Both the position numbers and the translations under genes were made by a program. A DNA stretch of 64,000 bases, taken from contig JAVHLL010000011.1 of NCBI GenBank assembly GCA_031082155.1, positions 13,064 to 77,063 on the forward strand. Direction: 5' to 3'. This DNA comes from Thermodesulfovibrionales bacterium (GTDB lineage: Bacteria > Nitrospirota > Thermodesulfovibrionia > Thermodesulfovibrionales > SM23-35). Below the pieces are notes generated by a model that was given only the letters and a program-made list of their open reading frames with translations, was not told the origin of the DNA and searched no databases. Shown here piece after piece: positions 7,834-19,121 of the stretch. Every line of letters begins with the position of its first letter. Position 1 is the first letter of the stretch.

Positions 7834-10146
7834 CTAATCGAAATTAAGGTTTGATTCTGTTTCCCGCAACTTACGGGGATGATAGATGAGAGGCGCAAAC
7901 TGGGTTGGTTCAGTACCTTCCCTGAAATATTCCTTTATCCCTGAAGCTTCATCCCGTGAAAGAAGACCGGTTAAAGGGTCTATTGTCCTGGTTATTATAC
8001 CTTCAGGCGGAGTGAAGTCCTCCGGTTCTCCGGTAAGGGTGTTTTTCATGAAATCCACCCATATCGGGGAAGCGGTGCGTGCGCCGGTCTCCTGTGAACC
8101 AAGGGGTCTCACATCATCGAAGCCGACCCAGACACAAGCTACCAGGGTTGGAGAATAGCCGATGAACCAGGCATCTCTGTATTCATTCGTTGTGCCGGTC
8201 TTGCCCGCTACAGGCCTGCCGAGTGCTTTTGCTCTCCATCCGGTGCCGTGCTGCACCACATCCTCCATCAGCGAAGTGATCAGAAATGCAGTCTGCGGAC
8301 TGATTACCTCTTCGGCTTCGGGTTCATTGCTTTCGAGAATCCTGCCCCGTGCATCAGTGATATACTTGATTGCAACCGGTTTTATTTTCATGCCGCCGTT
8401 GGCAAATACGCTGTAACAGAGAGAAAGTTCGAACGGGGAAACCGCCAGTGATCCAAGGGCCAGGGTAAGGTCTCGCGGCATATTCCCCTGAATGCCTATA
8501 TTTCTTGCAAAATTCAGCACCGCATCAATGCCCAGAGCATCAACCAGTTTTACTGTAACCACATTTCTCGAATAAGTCAATGCCTCACGGAGTGTTGTAG
8601 GGCCATAGAATTTATGATCTGCATTATTGGGTTTCCACTCGCCTCCCGGGCCTCCGGGATAGGTTACCGGTTCATCAATCAGGATACTCGCCGGAGTGAA
8701 ATTCTGGTCCAGAGCAGCAGCGTAGATGACAGGTTTGAACGCGGAACCGGGCTGGCGTTTTGCATAGAGGGCCCTGTTAAAATCGCTCTTCACAAAATCA
8801 TACCCCCCCACCAGTGCTCTGACAAAACCGGTGTCGTGTTCCAGAGCCACGACAGCGCCCTCGACCTCGGGGTCTTGTTCCAGCTTGAGCTGAACCGAGT
8901 GTCCCTGGACCCTGGATATACTTACTCTCACAATATCACCGGGTTCCAGTATCTGTGGCAGGGTAAAGTCCTTAAGTATTCTCGATGTTCTCTTTTTCGG
9001 ATCGAAGACCTTCGACGCCCATCGTGTGTCCTCAAGCAAGAGTTTACCGATGACTCCCCGCGTCTTGATCTGCGCTTCTTGCTTGCCGACGGTGAGGACG
9101 ATGCCTGTAGCTATTTCTCCGGGAGTTGCGACAACCTGTGAATCCAATTCCCGTTGCTTCATCTCTTTCTCAAAGTCGACATCGTCTCTATGCTCTATCG
9201 GTCCACGCCATCCTCTTCTCTTGTCGAGAGCCCTTAACCCCTCCTGGAGAGCCTTCGCAGCATGGTATTGTGCCCGTTTATCCAGGGTGGTATATACTTT
9301 CATATCCCCTTTGTACACGGTTTCTTCACCATAAGTTGCTTCAAGGTATTTCCGTATATATTCAATAAAATAGTTGTTCGCTTCGATTCCCTTTCTCATG
9401 CTTGAGAGGTATATCGGCTGCTTTCCTGCATTTTCTTTTTGGGATTCCTTGATGTATCCCTCCTCCTCCATGCGGGAAAGCACAATCTGTTGCCGGTCTT
9501 TGGCTTTTGTGAGATCGTTATAGGGGGAATACGAATTCGGCGCCTTAATAAGGCCCGCAATGAGGGCAGCCTCAGCCAGGGTTATCGACTTTACTGATTT
9601 CCCGAAGTATACGCGTGACGCCATTTCAACGCCATATGCGCCATGACCGAAATATATCCTGTTGAGATACAATTCGAGTATCTCATTTTTCGTGAGGTTC
9701 TTTTCTATTTTTACCGCGAGCACTGCTTCCCGAAGCTTTCTCTTCAGGGTCTTTTCGGGGGTGAGGAACATGATTTTTGCAAGCTGCTGTGTAATAGTGC
9801 TCCCCCCTTCTTTTAGCCCTACAGAGAGTATGTCCTTCACAATAGCTCTCATAATTGCGATATAATCAATCCCCTTGTGTGTCCAGAACCGCGAATCTTC
9901 GACCGCGATTACCGCCTGAATCATGTGTTCGGGGATTTCACGGATCGGGACAAAGATGCCCTTTTGTACCTTCAGTTCCCCGATCAGGGTGCCGTCATCA
10001 GCATATATCTTTGTCCCTGCATCCTGATCGATGTCTTTCATTTCTTCTATAGAGGGAATGCCGGGGCTGATTGCGAGGTAACTGCCTGCAGAAACACCGA
10101 TAATTATGGAGATTAGCGCGAAGAGTATGCTCAGTTTTAACTTCAT
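7834..10146 (-). CDS. mrcA: Penicillin-binding protein 1A (bifunctional glycosyltransferase/transpeptidase)
   Basis: 770 aa. GT51 motifs (AVIAVEDSRFWTHKGID, GGSTITQQLAK, RKLREA) and transpeptidase motifs (SAFKP, SRN, KTGTT). Confidence 0.93.
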   Translation of the reverse strand: MKLKLSILFALISIIIGVSAGSYLAISPGIPSIEEMKDIDQDAGTKIYADDGTLIGELKVQKGIFVPIREIPEHMIQAVIAVEDSRFWTHKGIDYIAIMRAIVKDILSVGLKEGGSTITQQLAKIMFLTPEKTLKRKLREAVLAVKIEKNLTKNEILELYLNRIYFGHGAYGVEMASRVYFGKSVKSITLAEAALIAGLIKAPNSYSPYNDLTKAKDRQQIVLSRMEEEGYIKESQKENAGKQPIYLSSMRKGIEANNYFIEYIRKYLEATYGEETVYKGDMKVYTTLDKRAQYHAAKALQEGLRALDKRRGWRGPIEHRDDVDFEKEMKQRELDSQVVATPGEIATGIVLTVGKQEAQIKTRGVIGKLLLEDTRWASKVFDPKKRTSRILKDFTLPQILEPGDIVRVSISRVQGHSVQLKLEQDPEVEGAVVALEHDTGFVRALVGGYDFVKSDFNRALYAKRQPGSAFKPVIYAAALDQNFTPASILIDEPVTYPGGPGGEWKPNNADHKFYGPTTLREALTYSRNVVTVKLVDALGIDAVLNFARNIGIQGNMPRDLTLALGSLAVSPFELSLCYSVFANGGMKIKPVAIKYITDARGRILESNEPEAEEVISPQTAFLITSLMEDVVQHGTGWRAKALGRPVAGKTGTTNEYRDAWFIGYSPTLVACVWVGFDDVRPLGSQETGARTASPIWVDFMKNTLTGEPEDFTPPEGIITRTIDPLTGLLSRDEASGIKEYFREGTEPTQFAPLIYHPRKLRETESNLNFD

Positions 10147-10196
10147 TCAGAAATTATACCTTTCATGGAAAAGGCCTGTCAAAGAACCTCTTTCGA

Positions 10197-10226
10197 TTGA
10201 CTTGAAACTCTGCCTGAGGGTAATAT
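10197..10226 (+). promoter_or_regulatory. Sigma70-like promoter of dnaE, predicting a leaderless transcript
   Basis: TTGACT (10197-10202), 18-nt spacer, TAATAT (10221-10226), then 6 nt to ATG 10233. No SD-like sequence lies in between. Confidence 0.45.
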
Positions 10227-10232
10227 TCTTAT

Positions 10233-13200
10233 ATGATTCAGCATGCCGATTATGTTCCCCTCCATGTTCATACTGAATACAGCTTGCTCGACGGAGCGAT
10301 CAAGATAAAAGAACTCGTCGAACAGGCTTCTATATTCAGAATGCCCGCTGTTGCGATCACTGACCACGGGAACCTCTTCGGAGCGGTGGAATTTTACCGA
10401 CTTGCGACAAAAGCGGGGATAAAACCCATCATCGGATGCGAGGTCTATATATCGTCCGGCAGCCGCTTCGACAAGAAACAGGGCGGTGAGATCGACGAAG
10501 CATCGTTCCATCTCATTCTCCTTGCGAAGGACAACCACGGATACCGCAACCTTGTAACTCTGGTCACCAGAGCCTATATGGAGGGATTCTATTATAAACC
10601 AAGGATAGATATGCAGCTTCTTGAGCAGTACAGCGGCGGCCTTATTGCCCTTAGCTCATGCCTTAAAGGAGAGATCCCTTATTACCTCATGAGAGGTATG
10701 CTTGACAGGGCGAGGGAAAAGGCGCTGGAATACAAACATATTCTTGGGCCCGATAATTTTTACCTCGAGATACAGGATAACGGGATCGCCGAACAGGAGG
10801 AAGTAAACAGAAAACTCGTTGAATTGGCAAGGGAATTACACATTGATATTGTTGCCACAAATGATTGTCATTACATGAAGCCTGATGATGCGAAAGCCCA
10901 TGATATTTTGCTCTGTATACAAACAGGGAAAAGCTTTCAGGACAAAGCCCGCCTCAAGTTCAAAACAGAAAGTCTGTATTTTAAATCCCCCGAGGAGATG
11001 CAGCAGGCTTTCCGGGAATTGCCGGAGGCGATTCAGAATACCAGGAATATTGCAGAACGCTGTAATGTAGAATTTTCGCTTGGGAAAACCCTGCTGCCGG
11101 TATATGAGATAGAAGACGGAAGATCCCCCGAAACAGTTCTTGAAGAACTCGCCCGCGCAGGTCTCACGATGCGCATGGGGCCGGATCTTGCTGCCATCTA
11201 TACGGAACGGTTGAAAATGGAGCTGAGTACGATAGCGAAGATGGGATATTCATCGTACTTTCTCATCGTCTGGGATTTTATCAGTTATGCGAAAAAGAGA
11301 GGCATCCCCGTCGGTCCCGGCCGGGGATCTGCTGCCGGAAGCCTTGTGTCATATTGTCTCGGTATTACCGACATAGATCCCGTCCAGTATAATCTTCTTT
11401 TCGAACGGTTCCTCAATCCGGAAAGGATAAGCATGCCGGATATAGACGTAGATTTCTGCAAGGACAGGCGTCCTGAAGTCATTTCCTATGTTGCCGAAAA
11501 ATACGGAAAAGATCACGTTGCACAGATTATTACCTTCGGTACCATGGCTGCAAAGGCAGCGATACGGGATGTCGGACGGGCTTTGGATATACCGTATGGC
11601 GAAGTAGATAAGATCGCGAAACTTATCCCGAATACGCTGAATATTACGATAGAGAACGCCCTGCATGCGGAGCCCCAGCTCATGGCGCTCTACAATGCAA
11701 ACCCGAAGATACAGGAATTAATCAATGTCGCCATGCGGCTCGAAGGGCTCTCCAGGCACGCATCGACCCATGCCGCTGGGGTTGTGATATCACCGACGCC
11801 CCTTACCGATTATGTGCCGCTCTATAAAAACCCGTCGGACGACAGCATCGTTTCACAATTCGATATGGTCTCCATCGAAAAAATAGGGCTTCTGAAATTC
11901 GATTTCCTTGGTTTAAAAACCCTTACCGTGATAAACAAGACTCTCCAGTACATCAGGGAGAACGGAAAGACCTTTGCACTGAAGGACATCTTATTTGACG
12001 ACAGCGATACGTATCAGCTCCTCGGTGAAGGAAATACGATAGGCATTTTCCAGCTCGAAAGTGCAGGGATGAGAGACCTGCTGGTCAAAAGCGTACCTAA
12101 CAGGTTTGAGGACCTTATTGCGATCGTTGCCCTCTACAGACCCGGACCGATGGGAAGCGGTATGCTCGATGAGTTTATCAAGAGGAAAAAAGGTCTTATC
12201 CCCGTAAAATATGAACTTCCCCAGTTAAAGGATATCCTTGATGAAACCTACGGGGTCATCCTTTACCAGGAACAGGTCATGCGGATAGCGAATAAACTGG
12301 CGAATTTCAGCATGGGACAGGCTGATATCCTGAGAAAGGCGATGGGAAAGAAGAAGCCTGCGGAAATGGAGAAACTGAAAGAGGTATTCATAGAGGGCGC
12401 CAAATCCAACGGGATATTGGAAAAGAAAGCGATACGGATTTTCAACCTCATGGAACATTTTGCAGAATACGGTTTCAATAAATCACATTCTGCTGCATAT
12501 GCCTATGTCGCCTTTCAGACTGCGTTCCTAAAGGCCCACTTCCCGGTAGAATTCATGGCGGCCACTCTGACTGCCGATATGGACAACACCGATAAAGTCG
12601 TCAAGTTTATTGCCGGTTGTCGTGAGATGGGGATAACCATGTTTCCGCCGGATATTAATGAGTCGGGAAAAGAATTCAAGGTGGTCGGGAATTCGATACG
12701 GTTCGGACTCGAAGCGGTGAAAGGGGTCGGCGCGTCAGCCCTTGAGTCTATCATTGAAGCCCGTACCGAAGGGGGTCCCTATGCTTCACTGGAAAATTTC
12801 CTTGAGCGGGTAGACCAGAGAAAAGTGAATAAAAAGGTTATCGAAGGGCTCGTCAAGGCAGGGGCATTCGATTCCCTCAAGGTTGCACGGGCACAGGCGA
12901 TGGATTTCGTCAACAGGCATCTGAACGGAGCTAGAAGTTTTTCAGCGCGGGCATTCGGCCAGCAGAATATTTTCAGCGAATCTCCTGAAGAGTCTGAGGA
13001 TACCGGCAGCGAATGGAGTGCGGAAGAAATACTAAAATATGAAAAAGAGGCGCTTGGATTTTATCTCACTGGACACCCCTTAATAAAATATAAATCTCAT
13101 TTAAAGCGGCTCGGAACGAAAAGGATATCGGAAATCGACGAACTGCCTGATGGACAGGACATCAGTATAGGCGGCATCTTGACCGCGATCCGGAAAATCC

Positions 13201-13649
13201 AGACGAAAGCAAAGGCTGAGATTATGGCATATTGCACCCTGGAAGGTCCGGAGAGTAATATCGATGTGATCGTTTTCCCGGAACTCTACAGAAACAGTAT
13301 TTCTCTTCTGCAGAAAGATACCCCCCTGCTTGTAAAAGGCACTGTGGATAAAACCGAGAAAGGAGTCAAGATTGTTGCCCATAGTATATCGAGGCTGGAC
13401 GGGATTCACCCACAGTCAGGGCACAAGGCAGAGATAGTACTCAGGTTTCCATTGCAGAACGGAATGGATTTACAGACCCTCAAGAACCTGCTCTCATCAC
13501 AGCAAAAGGGTGTTTATCCGCTCTATCTGAGGATCCTCTATAAAGGAGCTGAGACATTGATTGCGACCGGAATGAGCATATCGGACGATAGTGAAACCAT
13601 AAACAAAGTAGAAAAGATCGCAGGCAAGGGAACGGTGGCTTTTCTATGA
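10233..13649 (+). CDS. dnaE: DNA polymerase III alpha subunit
   Basis: 1138 aa. PHP-domain N-terminus [16 protein letters not shown], a polymerase core and a C-terminal OB-like region. Confidence 0.97.
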   Translation: MIQHADYVPLHVHTEYSLLDGAIKIKELVEQASIFRMPAVAITDHGNLFGAVEFYRLATKAGIKPIIGCEVYISSGSRFDKKQGGEIDEASFHLILLAKDNHGYRNLVTLVTRAYMEGFYYKPRIDMQLLEQYSGGLIALSSCLKGEIPYYLMRGMLDRAREKALEYKHILGPDNFYLEIQDNGIAEQEEVNRKLVELARELHIDIVATNDCHYMKPDDAKAHDILLCIQTGKSFQDKARLKFKTESLYFKSPEEMQQAFRELPEAIQNTRNIAERCNVEFSLGKTLLPVYEIEDGRSPETVLEELARAGLTMRMGPDLAAIYTERLKMELSTIAKMGYSSYFLIVWDFISYAKKRGIPVGPGRGSAAGSLVSYCLGITDIDPVQYNLLFERFLNPERISMPDIDVDFCKDRRPEVISYVAEKYGKDHVAQIITFGTMAAKAAIRDVGRALDIPYGEVDKIAKLIPNTLNITIENALHAEPQLMALYNANPKIQELINVAMRLEGLSRHASTHAAGVVISPTPLTDYVPLYKNPSDDSIVSQFDMVSIEKIGLLKFDFLGLKTLTVINKTLQYIRENGKTFALKDILFDDSDTYQLLGEGNTIGIFQLESAGMRDLLVKSVPNRFEDLIAIVALYRPGPMGSGMLDEFIKRKKGLIPVKYELPQLKDILDETYGVILYQEQVMRIANKLANFSMGQADILRKAMGKKKPAEMEKLKEVFIEGAKSNGILEKKAIRIFNLMEHFAEYGFNKSHSAAYAYVAFQTAFLKAHFPVEFMAATLTADMDNTDKVVKFIAGCREMGITMFPPDINESGKEFKVVGNSIRFGLEAVKGVGASALESIIEARTEGGPYASLENFLERVDQRKVNKKVIEGLVKAGAFDSLKVARAQAMDFVNRHLNGARSFSARAFGQQNIFSESPEESEDTGSEWSAEEILKYEKEALGFYLTGHPLIKYKSHLKRLGTKRISEIDELPDGQDISIGGILTAIRKIQTKAKAEIMAYCTLEGPESNIDVIVFPELYRNSISLLQKDTPLLVKGTVDKTEKGVKIVAHSISRLDGIHPQSGHKAEIVLRFPLQNGMDLQTLKNLLSSQQKGVYPLYLRILYKGAETLIATGMSISDDSETINKVEKIAGKGTVAFL

Positions 13650-14626
13650 TCAGATATTATCTCGAATTCGAACGGCCGCTGGAAGAGCTTGAGCTGAAGA
13701 TCGACGAACTGAAACGCCTTTCTGACGGGAAAGATATTGATATATCGAAGGAGATAAAAAAACTCGAAAAGAAGGTAAAGGACCTCCGTTCAGAAATCTT
13801 CTCGTCCCTGACTGCCTGGCAGAAGACGCTTATCGCGCGACACCCGGACAGGCCGTATACCCTTGATTATATAAACCTCATAACAACCGATTTTGTCGAG
13901 ATGCACGGTGACCGGAGATACTCGGATGATCCGTCCATTGTCGCCGGAATCGCAAAAATCAACACTATGCCTGTTGCGATTATAGGACACCAGAAAGGGA
14001 GGGGCACAAAGGAGAGGATCTACAGAAATTTCGGGCAGCCGCACCCTGAAGGATACAGGAAAGCCCTGAGGGTAATGAAAATCGCTGAAAAGTTCAAGCG
14101 GCCGATCATTACGTTCATCGATACTCCCGGGGCGTTCCCGGGGATCGGGGCTGAAGAGCGGGGGCAGGCAGAAGCGATCGCCATGAACCTCATGGAAATG
14201 TCACAAATGAAAACCCCGATCATTTCGGTTGTTATAGGGGAGGGAGGAAGCGGCGGAGCGCTCGCGCTGGGCGTTGCAGACCGTTTATTTATGCTCGAAC
14301 ATTCTACTTATTCTGTTATCTCGCCGGAGGGGTGTGCCGCTATTCTCATGAGAAAAGAGGGCGAGATCGGCACGGACGATTTCTCCAGGGCTGCGGAAAT
14401 CCTGAAACTTACTGCCCAGGACCTTATGGGATTCAAAATTATCGATGGCATTATTCCCGAACCGCTCGGCGGTGCTCACAGAGACCCTGAAGAGACTGCG
14501 AAAAGCATCTCTGAACTGATTCTCGTGGTACTCGAGGAGCTTAAGGCAAAACCGACAGGTAAACTCCTCGAAGAGAGGTACAGGAGATACAGAAAAATGG
14601 GGAGTTTCACCGAGGGGGTTCTTTAG
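13646..14626 (+). CDS. accA: Acetyl-CoA carboxylase carboxyltransferase alpha subunit
   Basis: 326 aa, with [35 protein letters not shown] and [10 protein letters not shown] motifs. ATGA overlap with the dnaE stop. Confidence 0.95.
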   Translation: MIRYYLEFERPLEELELKIDELKRLSDGKDIDISKEIKKLEKKVKDLRSEIFSSLTAWQKTLIARHPDRPYTLDYINLITTDFVEMHGDRRYSDDPSIVAGIAKINTMPVAIIGHQKGRGTKERIYRNFGQPHPEGYRKALRVMKIAEKFKRPIITFIDTPGAFPGIGAEERGQAEAIAMNLMEMSQMKTPIISVVIGEGGSGGALALGVADRLFMLEHSTYSVISPEGCAAILMRKEGEIGTDDFSRAAEILKLTAQDLMGFKIIDGIIPEPLGGAHRDPEETAKSISELILVVLEELKAKPTGKLLEERYRRYRKMGSFTEGVL

Positions 14627-14799
14627 TCCATAGTATCGTAAACTTCCCGATGTATACGGCAGATATAGTATTGTATGATTAATTCGGGAACCTTCTCTAT
14701 GATGTCATCAGGAGATACTCTCCGGGAAAAAAAGAGAAGAATTACGATGTTAATAGGTTATCAAAGTTGGATACCACAATTTAAGTCCTAGGAGATGGA

Positions 14800-15096
14800 A
14801 TGGGGAAAAAAATATATGTTTTCAATATTGCGAATGCCACTGAACAAGACATAAAAACTCTCTTTTCAGATTACGGAGAAGTTCTCTCGGTAAAAATAAA
14901 ACAATCTAAAGGATTTGGCTTTGTTGAGATGGGGACAGAGAATGACTCAAAAAAGGCGATTTCAGGATTAAATGGCACACTATTTATGGGAAAAACACTC
15001 ACGGTAACTGAAGCAATATCCCGCCAGTCAAGAGCTGCATTTCACGAGAAAAAAAGTGTCTTTGGTAAGGACAGGAGTTTCAAGAAAGCCTGGTAA
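14800..15096 (+). CDS. RRM-type RNA-binding protein
   Basis: 98 aa. RNP2-like KIYVFNI and RNP1-like KGFGFVEM motifs. AGGAGA SD upstream. Confidence 0.85.
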   Translation: MGKKIYVFNIANATEQDIKTLFSDYGEVLSVKIKQSKGFGFVEMGTENDSKKAISGLNGTLFMGKTLTVTEAISRQSRAAFHEKKSVFGKDRSFKKAW

Positions 15097-15172
15097 TAGC
15101 TGTTTTGAGAAGTCCCGGAAATTTCTTTTTTTACTGCTAAAATATTAAAATGGGTATTGAGGGAGGAATAGA

Positions 15173-15694
15173 ATGAAAAGGATACTGGTATTCTTATTTG
15201 TTCTCACACTATTTTCGATCGGTTGTGAGAAAAAAGAACAACAGAAGGCAATACAGCCGCCATTCTCAGGCCCTGTACAAAGCCAGGGCCAGGTACAGAA
15301 GCTTCAGGAAATGGTCAGGCAGAACCCTCAAGATGTCCATGTCTGGGTTCAACTCGGCAACATGCTCATGGATACTCACAGTTATCAGGAAGCGATTGAT
15401 GCATATCAGAAGTCGCTTGAGCTTGATCCCAAAAACATAAATGTGAGGGTTGATATGGGCACCTGCTACAGGAATATCGGGCAGCCTCAGAAGGCTGTCG
15501 AGGAATATAAAAAGGCCTTAGCAATTGATCCTGATCATATTAATGCCCATCGGAACCTCGGTGTGGTGGCTGCGTTTGATCTGAAAGACAAAAAACTGGC
15601 AGTCAAAGCATTGGAGGAATATCTGCGCCTTGCGCCGGGGGCTCCAGATGCAGCACAGGTAAGGCAGCTTATTGCGAGTCTTAAAACACCATAG
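15173..15694 (+). CDS. TPR-repeat lipoprotein
   Basis: Lipobox-like signal LFVLTLFSIGC, followed by three or more TPR units (YQEAIDAYQKSLELDPKN, PQKAVEEYKKALAIDPDH). Confidence 0.75.
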   Translation: MKRILVFLFVLTLFSIGCEKKEQQKAIQPPFSGPVQSQGQVQKLQEMVRQNPQDVHVWVQLGNMLMDTHSYQEAIDAYQKSLELDPKNINVRVDMGTCYRNIGQPQKAVEEYKKALAIDPDHINAHRNLGVVAAFDLKDKKLAVKALEEYLRLAPGAPDAAQVRQLIASLKTP

Positions 15695-15699
15695 CCGCC

Positions 15700-17484
15700 G
15701 TGCTCCTTAAGCCTGATCATATTCCGTCAAGACCCGGGGTATACCTGTTCAAAGGCGCAAAGGAAAAAATCCTCTATGTCGGCAAGGCGAAAAATCTAAA
15801 AAAACGCCTGCAAAGCTACTTTCAGACACCTTCCCGTCTGGACGTCCGGAAATCGGCACTCATGAAAGACGTCAGGGACCTCTCGTATATCGTCACCGCG
15901 AATGAGCTCGAAGCATTTGTCCTGGAAGCAAATCTGATTAAACAGAACAGACCAAGGTTCAATGTCATTCTGAGGGACGATAAGAATTATCCTTATCTGA
16001 AGCTGACTGTGAATGAAGAGTGGCCAAGGCTTGAAGTGGTCAGAAAGGTAAGGAAGGACGGAGCGCTTTATTTCGGACCTTACGTCCCTGCAGGAATAAT
16101 GAGGGAGATACTCTCTTTTATCAGAAAATATTTCCAGATCAGGGACTGCGTACATCGTTTCGAGAAAAGGAGGAGGCCGTGTGTCCAATATCAGATGGAC
16201 AGGTGCCCCGCTCCTTGTGCCGGACTTGTGGGCAGGGAAGACTATATAAGACGGATAGAAGAGGTGAGGCTCTTCCTGATTGGCGAAAAGAAAGATCTGC
16301 TTGAGAATCTGAGAGCAAACATGGAGAGATTGTCCGAATCTCAGCGTTATGAAGAGGCGGGACAGATACGTGACAGAATCCGGGCGATCGAACAGGCATG
16401 GGAGTCGCAGAAAGTGGTTGATCCCTCTCTGGGGGATGTTGATGTTATAGGGTTTTCTGTGATCGGAAATAATGTTGTGTTCAAGGTTCTTTTCATACGG
16501 AACGGCATCATGCTCGGTTCAAAAGAATTTTTTCTCAGATATGTCGCGGATGTCCCCGAACCTGAACTGATGCAGGGATTTCTCTCACAATTTTATACGA
16601 AGGAGATTATCCCCCCATCAGAAATTATCGTGCCGGTTCAGCCTGAAGAGGCCAAATCACTGACAGCGTGGATGAAAGAGAAACGGGCAGGGTTTGTAAG
16701 GATCATCTTGCCGAAGGCTGGCAGGAAAAGAGAGCTTCTTGAGATGGCCACTGAAAATGCGATGATTGCGTGCAGGAACAGAAAGGAAGAAGACCCTGCC
16801 GAGATTCTGAAGGATTTGCAGGAAAAACTGCAGCTTGACAGAACAATCGAGAGCATCGGCGCCTGTGATATCTCGAACATATCGGGAAGTGAAGCGGTCG
16901 GGGCTTTTGTATATTGGGCCGGGGGAGAATTCATAAAAGACAGGTACAGGCGGCTTAAGATTCAGACGGTATCGGGCATTGACGACTATGCGATGATGAG
17001 AGAGGTACTGGAAAGACTGATCGTCAACCTTGCAGAAAAACTTCCTGATCTCCTTATTATTGATGGGGGCAGGGGTCATCTTGAGACAGCAAGAAAAGTC
17101 TTTGACGGACAGAGCGAAAGATCAAGAAAAGCGCCTGAGCTGATTGCGCTCGCAAAAGACCCTGACAGGGCATTTCTCCTGACCGCAGAACTGCCTGCAG
17201 ACCTCGAAGACAGACGGCGGTCTTCACTCCTTCTGAAGAGAATCAGAGACGAGGCCCACAGATTTGCCATAGGGTATCACAGGACATTAAGAGACAGGGA
17301 ACTTTTTCAATCCCCTCTCGAACGTATCCCGGGCATCGGCAAAAAGAGAAGGCTTGAACTTTTAAGGGTTTTTGGTAGTATAGAAGAGATACGAAACGCA
17401 TCGGTCGATGACATAGCAAGGCTAAAGGGATTCCATAAAGGAATCGCAGAAAATCTTCTGCACGCTTTAAGGAGGATCAAATGA
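15700..17484 (+). CDS. uvrC: Excinuclease ABC subunit C
   Basis: 594 aa. GIY-YIG N-terminus (PGVYLFKG...ILYVGKAKNLKKRL), UvrBC domain, and C-terminal HhH (IPGIGKKRRLELLRVFGS). GTG start. Confidence 0.95.
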   Translation: MLLKPDHIPSRPGVYLFKGAKEKILYVGKAKNLKKRLQSYFQTPSRLDVRKSALMKDVRDLSYIVTANELEAFVLEANLIKQNRPRFNVILRDDKNYPYLKLTVNEEWPRLEVVRKVRKDGALYFGPYVPAGIMREILSFIRKYFQIRDCVHRFEKRRRPCVQYQMDRCPAPCAGLVGREDYIRRIEEVRLFLIGEKKDLLENLRANMERLSESQRYEEAGQIRDRIRAIEQAWESQKVVDPSLGDVDVIGFSVIGNNVVFKVLFIRNGIMLGSKEFFLRYVADVPEPELMQGFLSQFYTKEIIPPSEIIVPVQPEEAKSLTAWMKEKRAGFVRIILPKAGRKRELLEMATENAMIACRNRKEEDPAEILKDLQEKLQLDRTIESIGACDISNISGSEAVGAFVYWAGGEFIKDRYRRLKIQTVSGIDDYAMMREVLERLIVNLAEKLPDLLIIDGGRGHLETARKVFDGQSERSRKAPELIALAKDPDRAFLLTAELPADLEDRRRSSLLLKRIRDEAHRFAIGYHRTLRDRELFQSPLERIPGIGKKRRLELLRVFGSIEEIRNASVDDIARLKGFHKGIAENLLHALRRIK

Positions 17485-18047
17485 AACGGACAGGGTTTTT
17501 TGTTATACTGCTGCTCTTCATCCCTTTTGCAGCTCAGGCAGAGTATACATTTTTCTTGAAAAACGGTTCCGAAATATCAGCGGTTCAAACCTATGCAGAA
17601 CAGGGCGATGAAGTGACGGTGTATTTCAGCGCCGGTTCCATGATCATTGCGAAGCAGGATATCCTCAGGATAGAAGGCAGTGAAGCAACAATAGCTGAAG
17701 AGGCGCAGCCTGATACGCAGGCAACAAAGGCAACAAAGGAAAAAAAGGAAGAGACAGCGGGTCGGGCACAGGGAACGGGGGAGATGAATGAACGGAAAGG
17801 TGCATTGAACAACGAACTTGAGTCCCTGAGAACTGAAATCCGCGCTGCTGAAAAGCAGGAAATGAACATGGTGACGACTATCAATGAAAAGATCGGAGCA
17901 GACAAGTCATACAACATCATTCAGAGGAGACAGCTGGAAAAAGAGATAGAGCCGCTTAAAAAGGAACTTTATGATGTGCAGCAGAAAAAGGCGGAACTCT
18001 TGCAGAGAAGGTCTGCGCTGGAGGACCAACTCAAACTTGTTCAATAA
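17481..18047 (+). CDS. Secreted coiled-coil protein, function unknown
   Basis: Signal peptide MKRTGFFVILLLFIPFAAQA, a small beta-rich N-domain, then a Lys/Glu-rich coiled-coil tail. ATGA overlap with the uvrC stop. Confidence 0.55.
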   Translation: MKRTGFFVILLLFIPFAAQAEYTFFLKNGSEISAVQTYAEQGDEVTVYFSAGSMIIAKQDILRIEGSEATIAEEAQPDTQATKATKEKKEETAGRAQGTGEMNERKGALNNELESLRTEIRAAEKQEMNMVTTINEKIGADKSYNIIQRRQLEKEIEPLKKELYDVQQKKAELLQRRSALEDQLKLVQ

Positions 18048-18113
18048 ACAGAGGAATATACGGCTGAAACAGAGCATGAAATGGAAATCTCAGGATCGAA
18101 GAAACGGGTGAAC

Positions 18114-19046
18114 ATGAATATCTATCTCTCAGGTTCCATGGCGTATGACCGGATCATGGACTTCCCCGGAAAATTCTCGGATTATATCCTTCCGGACAAA
18201 ATACACATTCTGAATGTCTGTTTTAATGTAAACGGACTTGTCGAAAAATTCGGAGGAACCGCTGGGAATATTGCGTATTCGCTGAGTCTTCTCGATGAAA
18301 AGCCACATATTATTGCAACTATCGGGAAAGACTACCATAATTATTTCGAGTGGCTTGAGCAGAATAATATATCGGTAGACGGTGTCACAATCATAAGAGA
18401 AGAAGTTACCGCAGGGGCATACATAACCACTGATCTGTCGGATAACCAGATTACAGGGTTCAACCCTGGCGCCATGAAATATGCTTCAGCATACACATTC
18501 GACGGGGCAACAGGAGAGAACGCAATCTGTCTCATCGCGCCGGGAAATCTTGACGATATGGTTGGCTATGCAGGAATATGCAGAGAAAAAGGCATCCCCT
18601 ATATCTGCGATCCGGGGCAGTCTCTCACCAAATGGGAAGGGGTTCAGCTGCAGGAGTGGCTCAACGGCTCCAAGGCATTGATATCGAATGACTATGAACT
18701 CGAGGTGATTATGAAGATGACGGGTCTGGACAGGACAGCACTGATGTCGCTCACAGGCATGATAATCACTACCCTCGGGGAGAATGGATCTCTCATACGC
18801 AATTCCGAAGGCGATCTCCGGATACCTGCAGTGAAAATCGGGAAGGTTATAGACCCGACAGGCGCAGGAGATGCCTACAGGGCAGGGATGCTCAAGGGAA
18901 TTATTACCGGCAGGGATATAGAGACCTCTGGAAAAATGGGGTCGGTCGCCGCTGCATATGCGGTTGAAGCGTATGGTACCCAGGAGCACAGATATACTTA
19001 CGACGAATTTAACGAAAGATACAGGGAAAATTTCGGGGAACTGTAA
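18114..19046 (+). CDS. PfkB-family carbohydrate/nucleoside kinase
   Basis: Ribokinase-fold signatures (GGTAGNIAYSL near the N-terminus, DPTGAGDAYRAG near the C-terminus). Start at MNIYLSGS preferred over the upstream ATG 18081. Confidence 0.85.
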   Translation: MNIYLSGSMAYDRIMDFPGKFSDYILPDKIHILNVCFNVNGLVEKFGGTAGNIAYSLSLLDEKPHIIATIGKDYHNYFEWLEQNNISVDGVTIIREEVTAGAYITTDLSDNQITGFNPGAMKYASAYTFDGATGENAICLIAPGNLDDMVGYAGICREKGIPYICDPGQSLTKWEGVQLQEWLNGSKALISNDYELEVIMKMTGLDRTALMSLTGMIITTLGENGSLIRNSEGDLRIPAVKIGKVIDPTGAGDAYRAGMLKGIITGRDIETSGKMGSVAAAYAVEAYGTQEHRYTYDEFNERYRENFGEL

Positions 19047-19121
19047 AAATATTCAGAGTTTGTGAATAAACTTGTGTTTTGTCATTGTCCGGCTTGACCG
19101 GAAAATCCAGAACCTTTACCC

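Noticed and set aside
8803-8809. C7/G7 homopolymer in mrcA, and the A9/T9 run in the HD-GYP gene (36151-36159), as phase-variation tracts
   Set aside because: They simply encode Gly-Gly (VGGYDF) and Lys-Lys-Lys (INKKKV) in frame within intact essential-type genes. There is no evidence of frameshifted variants.
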